Shown here: in pieces, positions 47,860 to 60,372 of the stretch
How the letters are laid out: each line of letters starts with the position of its first letter
How positions within the stretch are numbered: position 1 is the first letter of the stretch
Assembly (NCBI RefSeq): GCF_018977255.1
Contig: NW_024704742.1
Location: 90,832,001-90,896,000 of the forward strand
DNA from: Callorhinchus milii
Lineage: Eukaryota
Length of the DNA: 64,000 bases
Reading direction: 5' to 3'
Made by a program: the position numbers and the translations under genes
The notes under the pieces: generated by a model
What the model saw: only the letters and a program-made list of their open reading frames with translations
The model's database searches: none
Told to the model about the DNA's origin: nothing

Positions 47860-48670
47860 CGAGCTCTATCCTCAATCCTTTCCTTTTCCTCATCTACACA
47901 TTCCTCCTTGGTGACATCATCTGCAGGCATGGTGGGTGGTGGTGGGCAGGGGGGTGGTCTTCCACATGTACATAGATGAAATCCAACTCTACTTCTCTGT
48001 CTCCACTCTCCACTCCAGTCCCTGTTCTGACAAACTGCCTATCAGATATCGAGTTCTGGATGAGACGTACCTTTTTCCAACTTGATATTGTTAAAACCAA
48101 GGCTATCCTGCTCAGCTCCCACCAGTGCCTCCTCACCTCAGGCACCAATCACATTAACCTTCCCAGGTTGCTCACTCCAACTCACAGACTCTGTCCAGAA
48201 CCTTGGTGTTTTGTTTTCAACTCTCCTTCAAATCTTTCACCCAGACACCGACCAAGTCCACTTTATTCTATCGCTGCAATATTGCCCACTTTCGTCACTG
48301 CTTCACCCTCAAATCACAATGATGTCACCTCCAGACTCAACTTTCCCAATTTCCTACCTCCCAATTCAACTCCCAGCTCCATCCTCCTCAATCTCTAGAT
48401 CATTCAGCTTGCATTCTCTCCTGCAACAGGTTCCTCAACACTTCCTTGCCTGGCTCTACTGGCTCCTTAACCCCCAGCAGATCACCTTTACTATCTTTAT
48501 CCTTATCTTTAAATACTTTAAATACTTATCCATTTTCAGGTCGTGCCTGAAGACCTTCCTCCTCGACCGTGCTTATGGTCATCTTTCCCCTCCCCCAACT
48601 TGAGTCATGCTCCGCCATTGTCAAACCCTATGTGAGGGGCGCTATATAAATGCAAGTTGTTGTTGTTGTT
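47860..48670 (+). mobile_element. Decayed L2 fragment (RT to tail)
   Basis: CLSDIEFWMRRTFFQLDIVKTKAILL and VQNLGVLF motifs; tail GGCGCTATATAAATGCAAG(TTG)n. Confidence 0.88.
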
Positions 48671-49670
48671 ACTATTCGTGACCTCGCTCCATCTTACCTC
48701 AGCAGTCTCCAGTGACCCTACTCGACCAGCCTCTGCTTAACCAATTCTCACCTGCTTCATCTCCCCCATCCCCTTGTCTGCTCTGTCCCACCATCACTTC
48801 TAGTCACTTTGTCCCTCCCTCTGTAAGTCTCTTCCCAAATTACTCCCCTTTTCCCTTCCTTCCCTGCTTTTGAAAACATATCTCTGTGTGTGTTCCCCTA
48901 CCCCTCCTGGCTCCATCACAGCTCAGGCTCATGCAGAGTCTTTGTAAAGTGCTCTGAGACATTCTCTCTACGTGCAAGGTTCTATAGACAGCAATTGTAC
49001 ATTCCTGTGCTTTTATTTCTTATCTCTTTCAAACCTCTCCAACCCCAACGGGGTCAGATGACCAAGTGATGTCCTCCCGGGCGTTTGCCAGGGCAGTAAG
49101 AATTCCTCAAGGTACCTCACTCGCTCTCTAAATTTTCCTTCAATTTCTAAACGATCTCCACAGATGCACCTTTATAGAAAAGCAGTGAAAAGATTGCAAG
49201 CTGCCGAAAACAGCATTAGCTATTTTTAAAGGGTACAGGAAGGAGGCCAGTTCTGAAAGGGTCAAATGACAGCTGCTGACTGGGAGCTGTACTGTTGTAA
49301 GCTTGCCTGATAACAAAGTCTGTACAAAGTGTGCAAATGGTCTGGCTCAGCTGCTATCATGTTTTAGTCAAACCAAAGTTAGACACATCAAGCTCTGAAG
49401 ATTTCTTGTCTGAACCCAACACTGTCCCTGATCTGGGCAAGTGTGACCATGATAGGGCTCTTCTGCGTTAACAATTCAATAAGATCATCACAAGCTGTTT
49501 ATCCAAGATAGATATCAAAACCATTTAAAGGGACATTGTCCTTATGAAGCAACAAGCATCTGGCAAACTTTTTTTGCTCTGGGGAGTGAGTAAAGCCAGA
49601 GAAACACGTATCGCGCCAATGTAATTAATGAAGGTTTTACATTGTGGCATTTTGTATTAAAACCAAATGA

Positions 49671-49890
49671 AATAACAACAACTTGCATTTATGTAGTGCC
49701 CTTCTCGGTGGAGTATTGTACAGTGGCGGGGTTGGACACTGAGCAAGAGGGAGGGGGAGGTGGCCATATACGCGGTCGAAGAGGTAAGTTTTAAGGAGCG
49801 ATTCAAATATAGATAAATAGCGGATGAGGCAGAGAAAGAGAGGCAGGGAGTTCCGGAGGTTAGTGGGACACACTCTGATGGTTACCAGAG
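49671..49890 (-). mobile_element. L2 3' fragment
   Basis: (AAC)n TTGCATTTATGTAGTGCCC; FESLLKTYLFD motif. Confidence 0.82.
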
Positions 49891-49917
49891 TGATCGGGAT
49901 ACACACAGCAGGTATTG

Positions 49918-50160
49918 TGAGAGTGGAGCCCAGTGGTTAGAGCACTCACCTCGCAAACGTGAGACCTGGGTTCGATTCCCGGCAGGGCAAAGCGTTTCCT
50001 TATTCCACATGCCTCTGTTTGTGGGACACTGCTGTGCGCAATTGGCTGACGCGTTTTGCCCACAAAATATACAGTCAATTCACTTCACAATATATTCTGT
50101 GAAGCGCTTTGAGATGTCTCAAAGGTGCTACATCACATGCAAGGATTATCATTATTGTTA
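49918..50160 (+). mobile_element. Young-type SINE variant with a shorter middle
   Basis: CAGTGGTTAGAGCACTCAC...GGGTTCGATTCCC head joined after TTCCACATGCCT to CTGTTTGTGGGACAC. Confidence 0.85.
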
Positions 50161-50361
50161 TCATTCTGGTACTTGTGAAACAGGTGAGAGTGGCGAAAAG
50201 TCTAAAGTTTTGTGCAGCAAGTTTTCTCTTTGATTCTTCTCCTGTTCTTGTCTCTTTCCATTGGTGTTTTCTTTCTCTTTAATTCTCAATATTAATTCTT
50301 TATTTGTAGAATCCAAGGGTGTCTAGAGATTTGATTGCCCCATGTGGAGCTTCAAAGAGAC

Positions 50362-50620
50362 TCGAGCACACAAACACATTGTGAGACATGAGTGCACACA
50401 AGCACACTGAGACAAGCATGCACACAAACTCACAGACAAGATCATGTACTCAGACAGCAACAACTTGCATTTATATAGAGTCCTTCGCATGGGGTAGCAT
50501 TGACACGCATAACCACGCACATTGTGAGAAACAAGCACACAGACATGAACACATACATGTGCTGTGAGACAAAGACATGCGCAAACGCACACACGCAAAC
50601 TGTGAGACTCCAGCACCTCT
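50362..50620. repeat. Degenerate CA-rich minisatellite with an embedded L2 tail (about 50456-50500)
   Basis: Recurring CACATTGTGAGA/TGTGAGAC units among CA runs. Confidence 0.6.
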
Positions 50621-51049
50621 TCACAATGTGAGGCAGGGACATACACACCTACAGTGCAACACAAGCAATTCAAGGGCTGCATTCCTCTGTTTTCTAGACT
50701 TGGGGGAAAAATGAGATGTGAGCAAATATGGGCATAATGTGGGACTGATGCATCAACAGTCGAACCATCTGTGTTTAGAAGCACTATGGACTATCTCTCA
50801 GGAACCAGAATAAAAATAAGTAGCAAAAAAGGTGAAACAAAGGACAGGTTTGTTTGCGAGAGATCATTAGGAGGAACTCTTGCAGCATTCTGCAGCTAAG
50901 AAAGTCAATATTTAACTCTGAGGCAGACAGACTCAGAGTTAGTGCAGGTAATGGAGGCAATAGCTTCTGAACTGAGATGAGCTTTAAGTATGGCAAATAT
51001 TATAGTGGGATTAAAATCTGATGGATCAATACCGATTTGATATTATCAA

Positions 51050-51190
51050 ATATCCTGTGTGCAAATTGGCTGCTGCATTCTCCTACAAATACAGTCACTA
51101 CACTTTACAATATATCCTGTAAAGCACTTTGAGGTAGCCTCATGATGTAAAAGATGTTGTAAGAAATACAAGGATTATTATATTTATTTA
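51050..51190 (+). mobile_element. Deu-SINE 3' fragment
   Basis: CTGTGTGCAAATTGGCTGCTGC...ACAAGGATTATTA. Confidence 0.8.
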
Positions 51191-51659
51191 TCTTGGTTTT
51201 CCAGCTATTCTTAAAGATTGGGTATGGGTGAGAACCACCCTACTCCCCCCCTTCCCCCTGTAATTTTAGAGTATTTCCAGGTAAGTGCATCCATTTGCAT
51301 TTCCCAGAGGGATACATCCTGATTACTTAATCCTGATAAGTAGCCTGCATAAGTTGATAGGCCGGTCTGGGAGTGCAGAAGGCATCTGTCGTCACAAGTC
51401 ACAGCAGGTACCACCCCAGACACTGAACTACCTGGACATGCCTAGAGGAGCAGATCCTGTGGAGGCTCAGACTCAGCAGAGCTTTGCCATCTGATACACA
51501 GAGACCTGAGGCACAGTTCACCATTAGGTCAGCACTGGCAGTAGCACCAGAGGTCAACTCAACTGATAAGTTACTTAGACCTTCCCAGCAGCAAGAGAGG
51601 ACAGCTCAGGAATCCGTCAGTTTGTTGTGCAGTGCTGCAAAAACTGAGGAACTAGCAAC

Positions 51660-52160
51660 ATATACAGTCCACAAAATATATTTTGCCCACAAAATATACA
51701 GTCAATTCACTTTATTGTATATTCTACGAAGCACTTTGAGACATCTCGAAGATGTGATAAGGCGCTATATCAAATGCAAGGATTATTATTAAAATTGAGA
51801 AGAGAAAACTTGCATTTTTATAGCAGGCTATTGGGTTGAAGCGTCTCCAAAGCACTTCACTGGTAAATAACACAGAATTTAATTCCAGTGACTATTTTTT
51901 TGAAGATTAAAAGAGTAACCATTAATAGTCCCACACACAGCTATGAGGTGAATGACTAATTTATCATCAGGATTGCTGTTCTGGACCCTGGAAGAAACTC
52001 CCTTCTCTTTTCAAGTATTGTGACAGATCTTTAATGTCCAGTGAACTGAACCTTACTTTAATGTCTCATATGAAGAATAGTACTGCCAAAATTGCAGCAC
52101 TCCCCCAGTGCTGTAATGTCATCTGAAGCCCTGACTTGGAACTTGTACCTACAACTTTCT
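51660..52160. mobile_element. Tail-to-tail SINEs (+ 51660-51790; - about 51805-52160)
   Basis: GGCGCTATATCAAATGCAAGGATTATTATT followed by CTTGCATTTTTATAGC and GCAGCACTCCCCCAGTGCTG. Confidence 0.75.
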
Positions 52161-52229
52161 AATCCAAAACCCAACATTTACTTTTGGTCTGAAACACATG
52201 GAAACCCATCACCATCTTTAAGAGTATCT

Positions 52230-52545
52230 CAACCAAACTACCCAGAGTTCCACGTATTATGCATGAAAATGTCCCTTTGTCTGGAATTTTTCTATTGCTG
52301 ATTTATTCATAGATATCTACAATTCCCAAAGAGATGCACCCAACAAGGATCAGGCACAAATTGACAAGAGCTGAGGCTTGGGGACTTCAGAGTGTACATT
52401 GGGGTATTGTTGGGAGTTTAACCAGCTAAAACCATGCAGCTTGCCAACGCAAGCACTATCTGGCAAATCTCCTGTTGCTTGTCCAGTTAGGTCCGCTCTA
52501 CCTGCTAGGGCTTTGGCTTGCATGTTAACAAGACCAGAGTGGGAA
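52230..52545 (+). repeat. Unclassified interspersed repeat, copy B
   Basis: AGAGTGTACATTGGGG...TTTAACCAGCTAAAAC...TCCAGTTAG aligns with 8635-8905. Confidence 0.75.
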
Positions 52546-53129
52546 GAATCCCTGCCCCCAGTACAGAAGCTACCAACTGAACCAGGTTTATGAGCTACTG
52601 TACTGATTAAACAGGCCCTGTATTGCCAAGCTTTCACTATATGTTTCTTAGCAGCAACCAGAAGCAGGTATGGCTCTGCAACAGTGAGTCTAGGCAGGGA
52701 CCTAGAAAATGACCTAGACAGTATGCCTTGGCAGACTATTCGGGGAGCGGGGGAGGGAGAGATGCATCAGAGCCAAGGGTCATCCTGTCTTTCCTGACAT
52801 CCCCACACATACTTTGCCAGCAGAGGTCTCTAGATAGTTCTGGATCGAGGTCTTTAGATAGAGAGAGCTCTGGTTAGTTGGTTCTCTTCCCACCCACACA
52901 CCCCCAGTTGGGGTCCAGACACTAAGTATAGCGCCCTCTACTGTTGTCCTAGCTGACATCATTCAACTTGGCACAGAGCTGGGATCTTATCTTTATATTT
53001 TACAAAGGATATGATGTGAACTCTAAAGTAGTCCGTCCAGGTTGGGCTGAAATGCAGATATTTATAAGTAAATCAGCAATAAAAAAAATAACTCACTTCT
53101 GTTCTTCTCAAGACCCTCCTCTTCGGCTG

Positions 53130-53270
53130 CACTTTCAGTCACCCTGCTTCCCCCCACCCTCCATGCCTCCTAATCCTAACTCCCAGCTCAGGTGCGCATC
53201 CTTGACTGTCCAGCGCTTTGGGACGTCATCCTGTTGTGAAAGGCGTTGTATAAATGTAATTTGATGTTGC
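53130..53270 (+). mobile_element. L2 3' fragment
   Basis: CAGCGCTTTGGGACGTC...GAAAGGCGTTGTATAAATGTAATTTGATGTTG. Confidence 0.78.
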
Positions 53271-56084
53271 CACCAAATTTTATCCAAAGTTTCTCCCATT
53301 GCTTTTTGACTGCAAATTATCCAACTCAAATGCAAAGCATTAAAATAATTTCTGGCACTACAAGTAATTTATCTCATGGCAGGGAAATCTTTCTGCTGAA
53401 AGCCATTGTGTGTTTCAGTTAATATCACAGCAAATTCCTGGAATCCTGTTGGATTGAAGAATGGGAGAGTTGTTGCCAATTTTGGAGATCTTTGTTTTTG
53501 ATCATTGGTGGCTTGCATATTTCCACATCTACCCACTCCCTTCCCACTTGTCTCCCATAAAGTACACTATCCCTTTAAATTGTGTGAACATTGAGAAGGG
53601 TTAAACAAGCAAGAACTGTTGTCCTAACTATGTATATTGCTACACAAAAACCTTTATCTCTTTAAGACTACAGATTATGGAACTGAGACAAGTGCCACTA
53701 TTTCCTCAAAGATCCCCTTTACTATCTACTGTCAAAGAAATAGTGATTCCAAATGACTGTGTTACTATCCCAGTGCTAGGGCTGTTTGGTTAGCATTACA
53801 GATTCCCGTTTGCTTTCATGTTATTCCCTAATTATGAGGAAGACAACTTGTAAAATAAAAACATGTACAGTAAGTGTTTCTGTGCATTAAATACACCTTT
53901 AGAGCAGTCAGTGTCCCTCCCCTAACAACCTGTGAAAACAGGGTAATATAACTAGGGCCTGTGTTTGTCTTGGCTGGGGAAACATTTTGATAAGAAAGTT
54001 GTTGCTGATGCAGAAATCCGTGCCAAGTCGTAAAGGCGACTCTGGTTTTGGTGGATTACTCACTGTCTGTTTTTCTTGGTGTCATATGAACCCAACTGTC
54101 CCGTCTCCAATGTGAAAATAGTTTAGCAGTGACACACCAAACCTCCTTGAGCTCTGCTTATGTTACTTGCCGTGTTTGCACTGAGCAGTGTGAAATCTGG
54201 AGGCTATTACTCATACACGTCCTCCCTAACAGTTACTTTCAGAGTCCTTGTCACCCCAGATTTCACAGTTGCACAATTAAACATGTCAGGCATGTACTTA
54301 AAGGCCACTCCCTGTTTCTGACACCACCTCTGTTTGGTGGGGCATCGATGCCTGTTCTGTAACAGGGGTCGCCAGTTTCGATCTGTAATGGACATAAATC
54401 CAACAGTGCAGTGTTTTTTTGCTTCGCAGACCAAAGAAGTGAAGACATCATGGCAGGCAGCTTGCTTATACAGCATGGAAGCAATGACTGAATCATTAGT
54501 AATCTAAGAAAATGGCCCCACAGAAAGTAATTGCGATGAGCTTTGTGCATGTGTGTGTGTCAGACAGAGGGAGAAAAACGGCTCACTTAAACTCGGACAC
54601 AAATCTCACTCTACCAACTGTTAATCTATCTTCAGCTGTTATTTTAACCTGTAAAGGCTATTTTAGCAGTGTAAACTGTTGATAACTCCAAGGGATTTCA
54701 TTTTTTTTGTTAGACCATGTGAACGTGTCAGCCAGCAGCTTCCTTGTACTGTTGCAGGAGAAAGTGTTTTTCTAATGTTTATTTCTAATTACATGAAATG
54801 TAATTTAACTGAGATTATGCAAAGTGCATTTAATTTGGCCCCTGAATATTGATTTGTTTGGTTAGATCTAACAGACAGGATCAATGATTTGTGCCGCAAC
54901 ACAAGAGGTTAAACACTATGTTACTAAAGATACAAATTGATTCAAATTTGTCTCTTCTCCCCTCCCCATTCATCCCTTCCCCATCCAACACACCCTATGC
55001 CAGAAAACTTCGGAACAATTGCAAACAATTGCAAGTCCTCAAAGTGTATCGGTAGCTTCACTCTTTGGAGCACTAACAAGCTTGGGGTGGTAAAGCAAGG
55101 ATTTATACCCAGATCTTCTGTAAACAGAACTCTTGATCTTGGCATAGCTGTAAAGGGGAGGTGCTGAGGAGAAGCCAGGCATCTCTCCCAAGAGACGCAG
55201 GAGGTCACCACAGACATCTCTTCCAGTGCAATCTTGGATCCACGAGTCCATCTCTTTGGAAGGAGGGAGTGGTCTGGTTCTCACTCTCGGCAATGATTGG
55301 AGGAGGAAGCCTGAAGAGCAAAGCTGATTAAAATAAAAAGTTATTCCACACTGAAACTCTTACTCCAGAGAAAAAGATGGAAAATCTGAAACCTTGAATC
55401 TTTTTGACCAGACATTTATTTACAGTGAGAGGTGTGACATGTGGGTCGCAAGCCTCTATTGTGAATAGTTCCACAGCACCTGCAGCCTCATTCTTGTATT
55501 CCTCGTTTGGAATTTGCAGAAAAATATTATGACTGTTATTTGAGAGACAATCATGTGCACGTATTTTAAAAGCTGGAAAGGAACTTTTTTAAAAAAACAT
55601 TGGCTACAGAGTCAGTTCTGAAAGATTTTCTCCAGAGGATGGAATAAATTTAACGGGCGGAATAAATTTCCACCGAATGTGATGAAGGCTGAATTGCGAG
55701 ACATATTTCAAAGTGACTTGGACTGGGTCCTACATCTGGGGAAATAGATGGGTTCAAGCTTGGATGTAGACCTGGAATGTGATCAACATGGTCTATCTTA
55801 AGGTTTTGAAGTAGGTCTGGAGTGCGACATGCAATGCCCGCCTTAAGGTTGGATGTAGATCCAGAGTATGACAGCTAAGGCACAATGGGCAGTGGTGAAA
55901 TACAATAGACTATACGTCTTGGTCTTTGGAACTATGAGTTTAGTGACAGAAAAATAATTATGATTTATGCGGAGTGGAATAAAACATACAGGACAAGGTT
56001 GCAAAACCGTTATTCCCTTCCAACATTCTCTTTTCCTGTGAGAATGCAAATTCAAGCTTCCCTTCATTACCTTCCCCATCGAGT

Positions 56085-56470
56085 ATAGTTTGTGTGTCTA
56101 GTTTCATTCTCATGTTGGGGAGCTCATAATTTAGACTGATACTCCAATGCAGTGCTGGGGGATAGTTTGCATTGTTCTGAAGTGTTGATCTCCAAGTCAG
56201 ACATTACATCGAGATCCCATCTGCCTGTTCAAATGGACTTTAAAAAATACTTGGCACGATTTGAAAACTGAAGGGAGTTTCTCTTGGTTTCCTGGCCAAC
56301 AATGCTCCAGTTAAATTTGTCAAACCTCCTGGCTATTTGTGAGACATTGTTGTGGACAAATTGGCTGTCACATTTGCCGACAAATATACAGTCACTATAC
56401 TTTACATTTTGTGAAGCATTTTTGAGACATTTTGGCATGATAAAGGGCTATTACCATCATTATAATTATG
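56085..56470 (+). mobile_element. Old Deu-SINE
   Basis: ACTCCAATGCAGTGCTGGGG...TCCTGGCCAACAA...ACAAATTGGCTG. Confidence 0.82.
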
Positions 56471-56639
56471 GCCCATTTGATTTCAACCTTCCAGAATACG
56501 TACCCTACCATCTTTCCATTATAGCATCAAGCTGTTTCTTAAATGAGCCTAGTGTCGTGGCCTCAATGTTACTTCCTGGTAACCAGTTCTGTTTAAACAT
56601 GGGACCTTCTATATGACTCCATTCCACAGCAGAGAGTTT

Positions 56640-57157
56640 ATTTAGTCAGGTGCAGTGATAATAATAATAATAATAATAATAATCCTTGCATTTGATATAG
56701 CGCTTTTCACGTCGGGAGGACGTCCCAAAGCGCTTCACAGACACACTGTAAAGTGAATTGACTGTTTATTTGTCAGGTGCTACAGGACTCCACTGATAGT
56801 GATAACACGATCACCTCTTAAGTCAGAAGGTTGGGTGCAAGCCCCACGTCTGGACTTGAATTCATATATTCGCCCACAAATATACAGTCAATTCACTTTA
56901 CAGTATATTCTGTGAAGCGCTTTGAGACGTCTAGAAGACGTGAAAAGCGCTATATCAAATGCAAGGATTATTATTATATAATCTAAATTGACACTCAAAA
57001 TGCATTGTTGGAGGGGCCGTCCTTCAGATGAGACGTTCAGCTGAGGTCCTGTCTGCCTGTTCAGGTGGAAATTAAAAATCCTATGGCACTATTCGTAAAG
57101 AGAAGGGAGTTTCTCCCATTATCCTGCGCTATATCAAATGCAAGGATTAATATTATT
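56640..57157 (+). mobile_element. Old Deu-SINE carrying two younger SINE insertions in opposite orientations
   Basis: Host pieces AGTCAGAAGGTTGGGTGCAAG and GCATTGTTGGAGGGGCCGTCCTTCAGATGAGACG are separated by inserts at 56662-56793 (-) and about 56868-56976 (+). Confidence 0.85.
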
Positions 57158-57589
57158 TACCCATTGAGAATAACATTATAATTAGGAAATAACATTATGG
57201 GATATTGTACATAGGTAGTTTGGGACATATGTGCATGCGACCGCCAGGAAGGTGAACTAGACGGACCTTGTATCATATAGCATTTTTTATATTTTTATAT
57301 ACTTATAGTGGGAACACTTTTATATTGAAACTTGGCACATGTTAATTGCCCTCCCAATTCTCTCCATTGTTTGAGGGCAGGGTGCTGAAATCTGAAGTTT
57401 CATTACTGAGCCTCAGTACGTCATAGGTTTCAGTGAAATAAAGAGGTTGAGGGGGAGATGGACAAGGCTGAAACAATAGCCAGCCTTAAGAGACGGCACA
57501 CAGATGGCAGCCTGACCAGGGAGGGCAGCTGCATGCTACGTGTTTTTTTAAATTTAAATTTAAATCAGGTACTTTCTGTTGAATATTCG

Positions 57590-57900
57590 ATTAGGAACAT
57601 AGAAAAACAGGAACAGGGGGAGGCCATTCAGCCCATTGAGCCTGTTCTGACAGTTTATTAGATCTAGGCAGATCTTTCTGTCAGAGGGAAGAGTCGCCCA
57701 CTATTTAATCTGCCAATTCCTTTCATTATTTTCTCAAGGAAATCAATCCTTAACCTGCTCCACTGCAAGGAATATGATCCCAATGTGCCCACCTCTCATC
57801 ATAGCCAAATTCCTTCAGCCCACGTTTTAATCTATTGAACCATTGCTGGACACAGCAGTAGTAATATCCTTCCTAAGATTGGGTGCTCAAAGCTGAAATT
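57590..57900 (-). mobile_element. CR1 3' fragment
   Basis: GAACATAGAAAAACAGGAACAGGGGGAGGCCATTCAGCCCATTGAGCCTG terminus. Confidence 0.75.
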
Positions 57901-58779
57901 AAACAAGCATTGAAGCCAGTCATTAATTTAAAGAGTTTTATAGTACTGTACTAGCAAATGAGGGTACTAATAGTAAATGAAACAAACTCCTGTTTTATTA
58001 TCTACCAGTTGAAACTTGGTTCTTTCACTTGTTGCTTGTTCCTGGTATAGTTTGTTGGGGGAGTGGATGGGAGTTGTTCACATCACCTGGACGGACGACT
58101 GATAGGAGACTCGGGCTGCCTCTGATCAGGATTAGGGTGTTGTGGCGTCTTTGTTCCAGAGTATTGCTTTTGCAGCAAGTTTTGTTTTCATTTTGAAACG
58201 CTTGTGGTGGATACGACCCAGTGTACTACAGAATCAGTATTATTAACTCCAGGCCAAAAATAACAAGCAAAACTAAGTCATTGTGTCTGAGACCATGTGT
58301 AGTGCAAAACCTGAACTTCGGCCCACAGTATAATACTCTAGACCAAGGTTAATGCTTGAGTGAGACAGAAATAGATGTGGTGGATAGCACAGGAGTGCCC
58401 TGCATGTTGCATTGATCCAGTCATCTGGAATCTAAATCAGTGAGCTGGATCCTGGACCAAATTGTGTTTTTTTCTTGTTCTTCACTGTGTCCCATCAGGA
58501 TATTTATTTATATTTACAGTATATTTTTTCAAATATAGTTTATTTACAGCAGAAGTAGAATATGCTTTGGGATGGTACTGGCAGGAATACAAATGCACAT
58601 GGGAAAATCGGTGATGGATGCCTAATGATCCTCAAAGGGTTATTGCTGTTTGTTGACTCTAATATTGATAAATGTTATACCATTTTGAGGTTGGCAAGTT
58701 TTTAAAGGGAAAGTTAATGTATTTGATTTAAGCTCTCTGGCCAATAGGAGTTTATTGTGTGTCTACAAACTAGTTTATC

Positions 58780-58880
58780 ACACACTCTCATACTCACTCA
58801 CCCTCCTACTCACTCACTCACTCACTCTCCTACTCGCTCCCTCATGCATTCTCCTACTCACTGATTCACTCACTCATTAA
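58780..58880. repeat. Degenerate (CACT)n repeat
   Basis: ACTCACTCACTC runs. Confidence 0.85.
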
Positions 58881-58992
58881 CTCTCCTTCCCTCCACCTGT
58901 GGTTGTCGTCCCCTGAACTGATTCTCTTTTCAGCGTGATCTTATTTTGTGCAGTAACTGAACCAGGAGAGTTCTGTTAAAAACACTGCCCCA

Positions 58993-59037
58993 ACACACAC
59001 ACACACACACAAACACACACATACACACACACACACA
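58993..59037. repeat. (CA)n microsatellite
   Basis: Interrupted CA run. Confidence 0.95.
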
Positions 59038-59380
59038 GGGAGTAGTGTAAAACTTCTTCCAGGTGGGGAAAATAACTTTTGGACCAACGTACAGGGAAAT
59101 CATTCAGTGATTAAATTCTGTTGAGTTTAACAAGGTGTCACTGTATCTGTTAACGTCACGGCCAGTTCGAGGAGCGGAGAGTGCCAGTGGGGGAGGTAGC
59201 ACCAGCAGAAGCTGGATGGGTTGAGTGTCGCCTTCCTGAGTTATGATTTCTCTGAAATGCAGCAAGTTCCAGTTCACCTACAGTAAAGAGAATGCTGATT
59301 CAAAGAGCGGTTCAGAGACTTCTCCAATGTTAAATAAGTCCTGTTCAGGATGGGCGCATGACCAGAAACTTCACATGACA

Positions 59381-59440
59381 AATTTAATTCAGAGACAATT
59401 CCCTGCAGGAAATTTAATTCAGAGACAATTCCCTGCAGGA
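59381..59440. repeat. 30-bp perfect tandem duplication
   Basis: AATTTAATTCAGAGACAATTCCCTGCAGGA occurs twice. Confidence 0.97.
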
Positions 59441-59979
59441 GAACGGGAACAGACTTTTTTTTAAAAAAAATCTTTGACTGAGGTAAAAAGTTTAGTACCC
59501 AGATAAAGCGATTAAGCACTTCTGACAATTAATCAAACCGACATGATGCTGCCTGCTATGGACTAAACAATAGAAGATTAGTGCTGAGACACTCACTCTA
59601 ACTTGTAATAATTTCATTATAACAGGAGTTTTCTTTCATTCAATTACCAGGTAAGCAAATTAGAGCACTGCAATCGGTAAATTCGCTCCACAGTTATAAT
59701 AGAGGTTCAACCTTCCCAAGGTGAAATAAATAAACTCCCCAGCAGGTTGATCCATTAAAGAGTTACATCCCCTTTATTCCAGGTAGGACTGAACTCCCCG
59801 TTCATTTGTTGACTTGGTCAGGTTGAACCATAGACAAAGGAAACAATAATAATAATCCTTGCATTTGATAAAGCACCTTTCGCGTCAGGAGAACATCTTG
59901 ACAATTAATTAAACTGACATGACACTTCCTGTTATGGACTAAACGACAGAAGATTGGTGCTTAGACTCTTATTCATACG

Positions 59980-60372
59980 TGTGTCAGCCTGACTCGGTTG
60001 GTCGGCCTTTGTCACGTCTGGACTTGGAATTCATATTGAATCGGCTGACACTCCAGTGCTGTACTGAGGGAATGACTACATTGTTAAGCGTACGTCCTTC
60101 GGCTGAGACATTATCTCCAAGGCTCCATCTGCCTATTGAAGATCTCATGCCACTAATTGAAAAGAAAAGGAAGTTTCTTGCGCTGTCCTGGATAACAATC
60201 CCCCAAATATAATCGGTCATTTGTTTCATGGCTAATTGTGGGACATTGCTGTGTGCCAATTGGCTTCTGCATTCTCCCACAAAACACAGTCACTCCACTT
60301 TACTGTGATGCACTTTGAGATGCTCTCTGAGATGTAAAAAGCGCTATGCCAAATGCAAGGATTATGATTGTA
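59980..60372 (+). mobile_element. Old Deu-SINE
   Basis: GTGTCAGCCTGACTCGGTTGG...GGCTGACACTCCAGTGCTGTACTGAGGG...AAATGCAAGGATTAT. Confidence 0.88.

Noticed and set aside
55156..55327. Open frame GAEEKPGISPKRRRRSPQ... followed by AATAAA
   Set aside because: No start codon or good pyrimidine-tract acceptor upstream; probably chance.
59381..59440. CRISPR-like 30-bp repeat
   Set aside because: Only two adjacent units with no spacer, no cas genes, and a eukaryotic context.
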